Positions 12,170 to 25,514 of a stretch of 64,000 nucleotides of DNA are shown here, in pieces. Numbering within the stretch: position 1 is the stretch's first letter; the number at the start of each line of letters is the position of its first letter. This DNA comes from Chrysomallon squamiferum (lineage: Eukaryota; Animalia; Mollusca). The DNA is taken from NCBI GenBank assembly GCA_012295275.1, contig CM022673.1, positions 25,544,001-25,608,000 of the forward strand, read 5' to 3'. The translations under genes were made by a program, and so were the position numbers. A model generated the notes under the pieces. It searched no databases, was not told the origin of the DNA, and saw nothing but the letters and a program-made list of their open reading frames with translations.

Positions 12170-13536
12170 CTAGAAGAGTTGACATTTTTCTCTGGGATTC
12201 ATAGGCGATCCTTCAGAACAGTGGAAGGCTTCAGAAAATTCTTTGAGATCCTTCAGTGCATAGTTCACTCTGTGGAAAAAACAGATTACAAATTAAATTA
12301 AAAAATGCAACAACTACATAAAATACACATTAATGTATATAATACTGAATATAAATTGTGGAAAAGCACATAGAATGCTTCACATTTTGAGAGAGAGAAA
12401 AAATAAAAAACATGACAAAAACCCAATAAAACAAAGTATATAATAATAATAATAATATAACACAATTATAATAATGATAATAATAATAATAATAATAACA
12501 ATAATAATAATACATATGAAAAAATTACATGTAACATATTACTTTGCAATCTTTTTTAAACTTTGAAAACAGTTATCATTCCCACATTTGAATTTTTTTG
12601 TTATATACTACAGTATTATATACCAGTAGCTGATATACATTTCATTATTAAAAAAAATATTGTATGATGCTGGGATGAATGAGAAACTATATATATATAC
12701 TCTATATTGTTCATAAACACACATGTATATAAATGCATGCAGGTACATCTGGTATGTATATGTGTGTATATGTATATTGTTTTATGTGTTGTGTGTATGT
12801 GTGTGTGTGTGTTTATGTATGTGTATATGTCTGTATGCGTGTGTGTCTGTCCTTTATTTAAGAAGGATGAAGTGGTTATCCCTACCTGATTTCTTCTCTT
12901 GGTTTTCCACCCTGCACCAGGTTGTACAGGTTCAGCTGACCCCTGTTAGTACACCAGGTCTGAAACACACAAACACATCTCACTTAGAACACAGCCACAC
13001 ATTACATACGTGTTTTCCTGTCCACGGGTAGGTGCTCATAATAAAAATCCTGTGCTACTGTGTGGTAAGAATAACCCATCTACTGTCTGTTACATTCATG
13101 TTTTCCTGTCCACGGGTAGGTGCTCATAATAAGAATCCCAATGCTATGTGTGGTAAGAGTAACCCATCTACTGTCTGTTACATTCATGTTTTCCTGTCCA
13201 GGGTAGGTGCTCATAATAAAAATCCCAATGCTATATGTGGTAAGAGTAACCCATCTACTGTCTGTTACATTCATGTTTTCCTGTCCACGGGTAGGTGCTC
13301 ATTAATAAAAATCCCAATGCTATGTGGTAAGAGTAACCTATCTGCTGTCTGTTAACAATGTGCTCAGGTAGAGACATGTAGCTGAAGACTGATTAGTAAA
13401 TTTTGATTGATTCATTACAGTCATACCTTGCTGGACCATCCCATCTACATTTCTTTCACTAAATGTATTGTAAACACCAACTTGTGTGGAATGTGTAACT
13501 TCTAAGTTGTAATGAATTTCATTAAAACATTGAGAA

Positions 13537-13567
<31 letters not shown>

Positions 13568-13696
13568 TATGTACACATACACACAAACACACAAACACAT
13601 ACACACACACACAGAGGCACATGTATATATATATATAAATGCTTGCACATGCACACAGACACACACAGAAACAAACATATACATACTACATATAAT

Positions 13697-13769
<73 letters not shown>

Positions 13770-14098
13770 CAGATAGATAGATCAGTAAATGGTCTAACAA
13801 TTTTAATATATGTTAACATGTACGACATAAAAAATTAAACATATTAATCTACACACATCTGTTTCAAAAGCAAACTACTGATGCATGCTGATTGTGTGAT
13901 TCTTCTTACCTGTGCAAACGAGAGAAAAAACATTTGTGAGTTGCTCAGGTGGAGATCATTAGGCGCATACAATTCTCTGTGGTGTTCTGTCCATTGTTTG
14001 TAAGCCTGAAATTACAGGAGTGAGAGGGACTGTAGTATTCTTAATATATACATACACACATACATACATACATACATACATACATGCATGCATGCATG

Positions 14099-14133
<35 letters not shown>

Positions 14134-15376
14134 ACATACATTCATACATACATACATGCATGCATACATACATACATACACACACATACATACACACACA
14201 TCATACATACACACAAACAGATACATACACACATACATACATACACATATGTATGTATACATACACACACATATACATACATACATGCATACACACACAC
14301 ACGCACACAAACATACATACATACATACATACTTATATATATATATGTATGTATGTATGGTACCAAATTGAGAATAGAGAAGTAATCAGTACATAGTGAT
14401 GTAATTTTAAAAATCCTTAATTTTTTTTTTATAACGTCCTTGTCAATCTCATTTACAATAACTATAACTGCAAATAACATAGCATATCATTGTGAACTAA
14501 AAAAAAAAAAAAAAAAACCCTAACAAACAAAGAAAAGAAGAAAAAAAAGAAGATAAGAACTGCTTTATTACATAACCACCCAGGAAGGATTACTAGAATG
14601 ACAGAAATGAAGCCAAATGTAAAAGGTCCATTTAACAAATTCTAATGGACAATATGCAAACCCTAGAAAGCTGTTTTACCTTCATGTAAAGAAATAAAAC
14701 ACCACAGAAATATAACCTGTGATTTTTAACAAAAGATATATTTGACACATTGTGAGTAGTTTGAATGACTAATGTGACTGTATTGAAACATCCGTTCAGA
14801 TGCATTTATGTACGTAGTCTTTATTACATTTCCTATATCAAATGATGAAATCATTAAGGCATTTGCTATACAGTACAAGGCAATCGTTAATGCCTAATTA
14901 TGCTGCACCATGTAATCATTAATCTATTTGCTGTGCTACATGGGCACAATCACAATACTCTTCTAAAATATGCTTTTATAATGACCAGCTCTGAAGTACG
15001 AGTGAACTAAAGTATTCAAACTGAATCTAGTATTTTTTGTATGTACATATTTGACTTTCTTTTTTCTTCAAAAAATAAAGTGAAACGAACAAAATGTTTT
15101 GTTAAAATAATGTTTTGTTATCACAAAGAAAAACAAACATTTAAAAAGTTAGCCTTTACTTTTCTTTCAGTGAACTGTTATCACAGAAAAGAGTGATGTA
15201 TTGTGATTCAGTTTTTTTATTCAGAGCAGCCAAACCCCTGCAGTTCTCAGTATTCAGTATGTATGTATGTATGTATGTATGTATGTATGTTTGTATGTAT
15301 GTATGTATGTATGTATGTATGTATGTATGTACGTATGCATGTACATATGCATGTATGTATGTATGTATGTATGTAC

Positions 15377-15407
<31 letters not shown>

Positions 15408-15440
15408 CATATGTATGTATGTATGTTTGTATGTATGTAC

Positions 15441-15471
<31 letters not shown>

Positions 15472-18400
15472 CATATGCATGTATGTATGTTTGTATGTAT
15501 GTACGTATGTATGTATGTATGTTTGTATGTTTGTATGTTTGTATGTATGTATGTATGTATGTTTGTATGTTTGTATGTATGTATGTATGTATGTATGTTT
15601 GTATGTTTGTAAATGCATGTATGTATGTATGTATGTTATGTATGTATATATGTATGTATGTATGTTTGTATGCAATGTATGTATGTATGTATGTATGTTT
15701 GTATGTTTGTATGTATGTATGTATGTATGTATGTATGTATGTATGTATGTATGTATGTATGTATGTATGTTTGTATGTATGTATGTATGTATGTATGTTT
15801 GTATGTATGTATGTATGTATGTATGTATGTATGTATGTATGTATGTATGTATGTATGTATGTATGTACATATGTATGTATGTATGTTTGTATGTATGTAC
15901 ATATGTATGTATGTATGTATGTATGTACATATGCATGTATGTATGTATGTATGTATGTATGTATGTATGTATGTATGTATGTATGTATGTATGTATGTAT
16001 GTTTGTATGTATGTATGTATGTATGTATGTATGTATATATGTATATATATGTATGTATGTATGTATGTACATATGTATATACGTATGTATGTATGTACGT
16101 ACGTACGTACGTATGTATGTATGGATGTACATATGTATGTGTGCATGTATGTATGTATGTATGTTTGTATGTGTATGTTTGTGTGTGTGTAGGTATGTAT
16201 GTATGTATGTACGTATGTATGTGTGTATGTAAGTATTTATGTATGTATAGCCGCATTACACACTGTTTAATTTCAACTGTTGATCTAGATATAGGCACAT
16301 TACACACTGTTTAATTTGAATTGTTGATCTAGATATAGGCTCATTACACACTTTAGAATCTGAACTGATGAATTAGATATAGGCACATTACACAGTTTAA
16401 TTTGAACTGTTGATCTAGATATAGGCACATTACACACTGTTTAATTTGAACTGTTGATCTAGATATAGGCACATTACACACTGTTTAATTTGAGCTGTTG
16501 ATCTAGATATAGGCACATTACACACAGTTTAATTTGAACTGTTGATCTAGATACAGGCACAGAATTTGAACTCACCTTATATGAAGCTCGAATTCCTGAT
16601 GATGTAGCTAGTGCTTCAAATGCATATATAGAGGAGTTTATAGCTTTCTGAAATTAGATTAGTAGCTTGTTCACTTTTTACAATTTCAATAATAACTACC
16701 TTAAAACTTCTTAAATATCTGTATGCACATATATTTAGTTTTCTTCAAAGTTAAACTAGTTAAATAATTAAAAAAATATATTGCTTCTGAACATTTTTTT
16801 TTACATGATATTTAGATTTACTATAATTGTTCAAAAGAATGTTAAATATTTTTAATACTCAGTTGTAGATGGCTGGATTTATTATTAAAAAGATTAATTA
16901 ATCATAACGTTTAACATTCTTAATTAGTCATAATTTTTTAACATTCTTGTTCCTTCATATAAAATAATAATAATAATAATAGTAATAATAATAATAATAG
17001 TAATAGTAATAGTAATAGTAATAATAATAATAATAATAGTAATAATAATGTTAAATATTTTTGGAGCTGGTTACTTTGGAAAGTGTCTGTCCGGGTGTTT
17101 TGTAAGCCCACTGCTCTTTGTTGTACTGTTTGACGAAACAGCTCTTCACTCCAGCGTAGCTGCTGTTTGTTTTGTCAGACCACCACGTTTTGTTGTCACC
17201 CAGGTAGCTGTTGGCGTCACTCCAGTGACGTCCTGATATCAGATTACAAAGTTGTGTTAGTTTTAGATTATCATTACAAAAAATAATAATAATAATAATA
17301 AAAATATTTAAATATTATTATTTTATTATCTTTATAATCAAATAAAAAATATAATTGTTGTAATTAAAAGAAATCGTATTAAAGAAGTTATTGTTATTTA
17401 TTCATGATGTTAAAATATCCAAGCGTATCCCACACATATATCTATACTCATATTTTCATACAAAACATTATATATATATATATATATATATACATAATAT
17501 ATAATATCAGAAACACTCTGAAAACGTGTATGATTAAAAAATCAAATAGCTATGTTTTGAAAAGCATTATATTACCAATGATAACTTTTTAAATTATTGC
17601 GTAACAATTTTATTAATTTCGTTAAAAAAACTATATAAAAAAAACTAAATAAAAAATAATAAAAATAATAATAATACTAATAATAATAATGATGATGATG
17701 ATGATGATGATGATGATAATAATAATAATAAAAAATAAATAAATAAATAAACAAATAAATAAATAGCATTACGTATCAGATAAAAACGTTAACCTTTTTC
17801 ATCGACCAGATGTAAAAGGAAACGCCCAATGAACGTCCCCATGGACCCAAACGTCATGTAGTGCGGCAGTCGGTAGTCGTAGACGGGGAACTGCAGCAGC
17901 CCGGCGGGCAGCACGATTTGGTTGAGGTAGAAGACGGAGGCGAGGGCGGTGTCGAACACTTTGTAATACCACTTGTCCATGTTCTCTCCGTTTTTCAGCT
18001 CGCTGGTCAGCACGGTCCGCTTGTAAGCGACCAGTCTGAGGATGTTGCCGAAGTAATCCGATTCGTTGATCGTGACCTGAAAGTGAAAAGATGATTAAAA
18101 CGGTTTTTGTTCGTCTGAAGGTTTTAAAAGCAGAAGAACTGGAGAATAGCTTTTATTTTTACGACTCGAAACATCATTTTGTTCAGTTCACCGTTTGAGT
18201 TATAATACAGTATATAACACGAAGGATAGATAATCATAATGTGAACTACTGATGTCCTGTTTGATTATCATCTGTTTTAAATCGTATTCTTATACTCAGA
18301 AATGAATATTAAGGCTTTTACATAGACCTGTAATATGGTACTATTTTTTTTTTAGTTTTCGTTTTGTTACAGATATATTAATACATTCCGTGATCTTTGA

Positions 18401-19817
18401 CAGACCAGTCCAGTTACGGAGTTTATACTATATTTGAACTAAAATAAAGATGGTGTACCAGTTAATTTACATAGTTTTTTTTTAATATATATTAAACTAA
18501 AATAAAGATGGTTTATAAAGTATTTTTGGCTTTTATTAACAGTATCAGAAATATGCTTAAACTAGCGTAAATGTGGATTAAGTAAAATATTCAACATATA
18601 TTAACAACACAGCGTATTTTCTGCTTCTTCAGTAACTGAACTAATTTAAACTTACGCTGTGATAGATTATATCCAGCTGCTTCTGTTGTCTGTAAAGCTC
18701 AGGATATCCAATTTTATACTCAGTTTTAGATAGCTAAAATTATAAACGTTAATTAATCATGATTCTTCAAATTCTTTTACCTTTTAATCTGATACATATA
18801 CAAATAAATAAATAATTAAATAAATAAATAATAATAATAATATATATATACAAATGATAGAAAAAAAATAATTAAAACAGAGATGTTCACTTAAGATAAA
18901 CATAAACACGTTTTGTTTTTAGGACGACATAACATAACATAACATAACATAACTCAAGAGAGCGGGGAGACATGCCTTCTCTAATTCTTGTAAAACAAGG
19001 AGGAAACACTTTGACAATAAAACTTGCATTTTGCGTGATTTGAGCTAGCTGTATATGTTACCAACTTGACAAAAAGAGTTTTTGTTGGAAACTGGCACTC
19101 GTGTTTTCATTTCGTAACAGTTTGGGGCAAATCGACCCAGCCCCTTTGTACTCTCACCCAAACCACTGCACCATAAATTTCACGATCTTGGCTACATCGG
19201 TAATGATGATGAACTTTATGAAATGGGGAAAACAACGCAGAACGTACCCTTGAAAAAAAGAAAAGAATTAATCCTGTTGCCGTTCCTGTTTCAGACAGTC
19301 TGTGTATATTAATCTATATCTTGTATGGGAAAACGTTTTTTTGCATGTTGAATTTTTACTGTACTGAGTGACAAATAAGACAACAAGCCAGGTAAACTGT
19401 TTCACGATTCCGAGCTGAACTGATTACGTCGTGTCTCTCACCTTGTTTTTTGCCTTCTGTCTGGTAGCTTCGTCCATCCAGGGAGTTTTGTCGAGAAGCA
19501 GCAAAACCTCGTCCTTGATAGCGGTCGTAATATCAGAGATCTGTCAACAACAAATGTTGTAACGTTATCTGTTATAAACTCTGATAATAATGAAACAATA
19601 GCACTAGTTGTGTGTGTGAGATTATGAGCGTGTTCATATACATACAGTGAGCGTGAAACAACCACATACATGTTAAAACATACGCGCGCGCGCTAGAGAC
19701 ACACACACACACACGCACGCATCTTTACATCCATGTGGAAATATGTAATATTTGTGTGTGTGTGTGTAATTTTTTTAAAGTTTGTGTGTGTGTGTGTGTA
19801 TGAATGTGTGCTTCGTG

Positions 19818-19852
<35 letters not shown>

Positions 19853-22800
19853 GATAAGATGCCTGTATGTGTGCAATGTGTTGATATACTGTGTGTGTCA
19901 GTGTATGGTTTAGTGTTTGTGTGTTCGATAGTGAGTGTGTATGAGTGTTAATGTATGTGTGTCTGTGTGTGACTAGCAGTTAATGTGAATGGATTTGTGG
20001 ATCATCAATACATTTAACATTCCTTTTGTTATCCTAGTATATCCTTCACTTTGTGTCCATACCTTCCCTTTGTGTCTCATACCTTCCCTTTGTGTCTCAT
20101 ACCTTCCCTTTGTGTCACATACCTTCCCTTTATGTCACATACCTTTCATTTGTGTCTCATACCTTCCCTTTGTGTCTCATACCTTCCCTTTGTGTCACAT
20201 ATCTTCACTTTGTGTCCATACCTTTCCTTTGTGTTACATATCTTCACTTTGTGTCCATACCTTTCCTTTGTGTTACATATCTTCACTTTGTGTCCATACC
20301 TTTCCTTTGTGTCACATACCTTCACTTTGTGTCACATACCTTCACTTTGTGTCACATACCTTCCCTTTGTGTCACATACCTTCCCTTTGTGTCACATACC
20401 TTCCTTTGTGTCACATACCTTCACTTTGTGTCACATACCTTCACTTTGTGTCACATACCTTCCCTTTGTGTCACATACCTTCACTCTGTGTCACATACCT
20501 TCACTTTGTGTTACATACCTTCACCTTTGTGTCACATACCTTCACTCTGTGTCACATACCTTTCCTTTGTGTCACATACCTTCCCTTTGTGTCACATACC
20601 TTCACTTTGTGTTACATACCTTCACTCTGTGTCACATACCTTCCCTTTGTGTCACATACCTTCCCTTTGTGTTACATACCTTCACTCTGTGTCACATACC
20701 TTCACTCTGTGTCACATACCTTTCCTTTGTGTCACATACCTTCCCTTTGTGTCACATACCTTCACTTTGTGTCACATACCTTTCCTTTGTGTCACATACC
20801 TTCACTCTGTGTCACATACCTTTCCTTTGTGTCACATACCTTTCCTTTGTGTCACATACCTTCCCTTTGTGTCACATACCTTCCTCTGTGTCACATACCT
20901 TCACTTTGTGTCACATACCTTTCCTTTGTTCTTGTCTGCGAAATGGTTTGCGACAAACACAGCTCCGACGGCTTCAGGCATCTCCTGAGTGACTCTGTAG
21001 AAACAGTATTTTTTTTTCCCGAGGAAATTAGGCTGGCCGTGAATGTCGACGTACATCTCTCTGTTTGCGTGGATGTATTCCCAGGACAAATCCTGCACGT
21101 ACGTCTCCATCGCCCGCCACATCATGTAGTTGTGTAAGACTCTGGGAAGAAAAAAAAAAAGAAACAGTTACTGACCTCTAGGTCATAGGTTTTCAACCTG
21201 AGGGTTGCGACCCCCAAAGAGATGTCGCCAGCCTTTTTTTCTTCGGGTCGCGAGATCGTTCTTGAGCGAGGGTAGTTTTATCTTTTTTTTTTTTTTTTTT
21301 TTTTTTGTTATCTTGACTTGGAAGGAGGAATAAATAAAAAAACGTGTAGATAGGTTTGGGACGCGTCATAGTGAATATAAATTCCTTTTGTATTGTCTTT
21401 GGTTGATGAAAATATGGTAACCCGAGATATTATTGAATCAAAATTTTTAAAGGGGGTTTCATCGGTCATATTGAGTTATTGCTCGTAAGGGGTCGCGGTA
21501 TGAATAAGGTTGAAAAACCCGTGCACTACGTTATATCCCATCCGAATCAGTTTCCTACGGTCTCGTTTACAAAAGGATGCGGGATGTGTTCTCTTGTCTA
21601 AATGAGTAATACGGACCCATCCTCATACTTACAAACACTCTGACATACGTAAACTCAAATTCATTCACAGAAGATCAGGGAGTAGGTAGATTGAATGACT
21701 CTTGTATTAAGTGAATCTGCTAATTAACACTTTTCTAACAAAATATTTTAGTTTTGATAAACAGCAAAACAATGTGCTGCGTTGATAGTTCTTTTTAACA
21801 ACCTCATACTGATAAAAAATAAATATTCATTAATACCTGTGTTGGTTTGAATCCATAAGCTTCTTGATCAGGGCTGTCATTGCCTTCATGTATCCGACAT
21901 TATGTACCACGATCTTGGTCATTCCGCTCACACCAAATCCTTTAAACTGATATTGTACTTGCGATACCCAGTTTATCTGTTTAGAAAGAATTACAGCACG
22001 AAACAATCAAAAGTATTGCCATTACAAATTATTACGTATCTAAAATACACTGTGTTACATTTACAAATCATTACGTATTTAAAATACACTGTGTTACATT
22101 TACAAATCATTACGTATTTAAAATACATTGTGTTACATTTAAAATCATTACGTATTTAAAATACACTGTGTTACATTTACAAATCATTACGCAACTAAAA
22201 TACACTGTGTTACATTTACAAACCATTACGTATTTAAAATATACCGTGTTGCATTTACATATCATTACGTAACTAAAGCCTACAGTACTACATTTACAAA
22301 TAATTACTTATCTAAAATCTACAGTATTAGATTTACCAAAAATTTCGTATCTAAAATATACACTATTACCATTACAAATCATTATATAATTTAAAAGTAA
22401 ACAGTATTACTGTCCACAAATTATTGTCTCTAAAAATCTACAGTATTAATGTGACAAATAATCATACACATCAAATCTACAGTCACAAAACGTAACGCAT
22501 CTAGCAATCCTGTCTGTAGATCTACAATATTCTTTTTACGACAGTAAAACTTGTACGTAAGGTTACGTTATTATGAACTGGCTAGAAGACGTACCGTGTT
22601 GTTTGTCAAGGTGGTCAGCTTACTCAGGGAGATTTGATTTTCGTTTTCGTACGGGTTTTTCGTCCAGGGCAAGAGAACGGCCAGCTGTTTGAAAGCAAAA
22701 GTAAAACGGAAAATATTAACCCAAAAGTAAAGAAAGACAATAACAAAAACAGTAATGAATAAGAACAAATTGATTTTTCACTTTAACGATAATCGTGTGA

Positions 22801-22991
22801 AATGTGTGTGACAGGAAGAGAGTGTCACGGTTTGTGCGTGAAATTGTGCGTGTGTGTGGTTTTTTATCGTGTGTGTGTGTTCACTCGACTAATGGAATTT
22901 TAATATTTTTACATTTTTTTTTTTTTGTATTTTTGAAAACTGTTAGTTATTTGTTTGGTAGTTGAAAGATCTGAAATACATGACATCATCA

Positions 22992-23040
<49 letters not shown>

Positions 23041-23491
23041 ATTAATATGTGAGGACACTTGAAAATCTTTAAGTGCTGACATTCAATAAATGTGAAATTA
23101 ATGTAGGTAGGTATATGTACCCGAACTATTCTGCTTTCAATATACCAGACGTCGGTGATGAACTGTCGCAGTCGTGTGCTTGTGTCGTTGAGCACCACGC
23201 CAGAATCGCGCAACAGCAAACTCGCCACTCTGTACATGAACTTCTTGTAATGCTGAATAGCCTGCAACAACATTACATACAACACATACATACACACACA
23301 GAGGTATACATTAATAACAATGTTTTCTTTATTAAACGAACAAAACTGTCAGTATCTTTTGTTTTGTCAAATCAGTAATAAACGGTAATTCCTTTGTGTG
23401 TAAACTTCGAGAACTTCTAATTCTATATCTATATTAAATTTGTCTGTCACTCTGTCTGCATATATATATATATATATACACACACATAAAT

Positions 23492-23522
<31 letters not shown>

Positions 23523-23593
23523 TAGATATATAGATATGTATGTATGTATGTATGTATATAGGCCTATATGTGTGTATGTGTTAATATATATAT

Positions 23594-23636
<43 letters not shown>

Positions 23637-24653
23637 TAGATATGTATGTATGTATGTATGTATGTAGACCTATATGTGTGTATGTGTTAATATATAGAAC
23701 GAATAAAATTTGCTCTGTTGAAGTACAGGTGATAAAAATGAGTATAATGAAGAAAACAAAAAAGCACACGAAAATAGTCAAAAGAACTTAATACTTTGGT
23801 TGTAACGCGCCTTTTGTTCGTATCTGCGCTTCTCGTTTTTCATTATTTTACAATAAACGTTTTTTCTTTTTTTTTCATCTTGAATGTCAAAATGCGCATA
23901 TCCTTTTCTATCGTCCGGGTTCTTGATCTGAATTCGCTGATAATAAATCTTATCTGATATGTAAAATGGTTCATGAGATCAGCTCATAAAAGCTTGTTTA
24001 CTTTGGTATCGTATTTCACAACTCGTATTTTTTTTTTTTTTTGGCTTCCTTGTTGCAAATTAATCATTCTCGGCTGTTTGTAGAAGCAGTTTTATTCTTG
24101 TGATGCTCGACAACCCGAGAAATCTTTTATATCGCGCAGCGGGTACATATAGATACAGAATGTATATTTATATTTTTTTATTTTGTTTTATTTATTTAAT
24201 CTGTCTATCTATCTATCTATCGATATGTCAGTCTGTCTTGTCTGTCTATCCATTAATTTTATATTTTTAAATTTTTAAATTTAATTTATCCTGAAAGTTG
24301 TTGAAAGTTGTGGAGGACGTACAGGTGAAACTTGAATAAGAAGACCAAGTAAAAAGTTCGGTTCGGGTTTCTGAGGTTTTAGTGTTAAGTGACGCGTATA
24401 GACGGGACCGCTTTATTCGCTCGGTGACGGAATTCCGGTTTAGTGCGAATTCGATTTTTAGAAGTTTTTTTTTGGGGTATAATAATGTAATAAATTTAAA
24501 TTGCATAACTACTATAATGTCGATAATATCTACTACAATTGTTTTTCTTTTAATTCATAACTTTATTACAGAAGAAGAAGAAGAAATTAATTAAAACAAA
24601 ACAAAAACTAATTCATTAATAATAATAATAATAATAATAATAACAATAATAAC

Positions 24654-24724
<71 letters not shown>

Positions 24725-24731
24725 TAATAAC

Positions 24732-24762
<31 letters not shown>

Positions 24763-25471
24763 TAACAGATAAAAACAAATAATCTATAAGACTGTTTAAT
24801 TATGGATGCTGCATGTTGCTTAGAACATGGCGGATTTATGTGTGTGTACACTAAAACAATACATCATTAAATAAAAATGTCGTTCACAACAAAGGGCATT
24901 TTGTGCTTCTATTTAGAAATAATCAAAAGTAGCTTCATCGCGAGAATTACTTTAAAACTGTTTTATGTTAAACTGTCACTTCTGAAACTGAAACATCGTT
25001 GACTGAACATCGCCAGTATTAATTTAAGTAGAACACCAGTCTAGAATTATGTGTTGTCGAACCAGGACATGCTAATGATAAAATAACAGATCAAGGACAA
25101 AAAAAAAAAAAAAAAATTGCTTCAATTAATTTTGAAAAGATGACTTATTCATGTCTGCATTTAACCGAAATATATTTTAAATTGACAGTAATTTATAACT
25201 TCACAGCATACGGGTATAGAATCCGGAAACTAAACAAATACAGTATAGTTCAGTATTGTGATTCGGATAATGAAAGGCATTCTAAAAAACCAACAAAAAA
25301 ATTAATTTATGTATTACTTACCTTTGGGCCGTTCAAACCTAGGTAATGTCGAAGAGTCAGATGCCGGGATAGTCCAAAAGGTAACAGCTGCAAAAAAAAA
25401 AAAAAAAAAAAATTCAAACAGCGATTTTATAATGTGCGATAAGTTAGTTGATTTTCATTAGTTATTTAGAA

Positions 25472-25514
<43 letters not shown>

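Noticed and set aside
13427-13501. Exon-like 75-nt segment (ag...gt) in M13-A intron 12
   Set aside because: It has a stop in the required phase 0 and no counterpart in copy B; exon 12959-12886 supplies the expected TWC motif.
15156-16314. Long ORFs (MYVC / HTYI repeats) in several frames
   Set aside because: Translations of an (ATGT)n microsatellite. The same applies to the ORFs at 10382-10924, 13338-14480, 19989-20992 and 27675-28703.
23420-24150. Possible non-autonomous Helitron (tctatatctatattaaa... to ...gcgcagcgggta)
   Set aside because: No clear CTAG terminus or clean hairpin; too degenerate to support.
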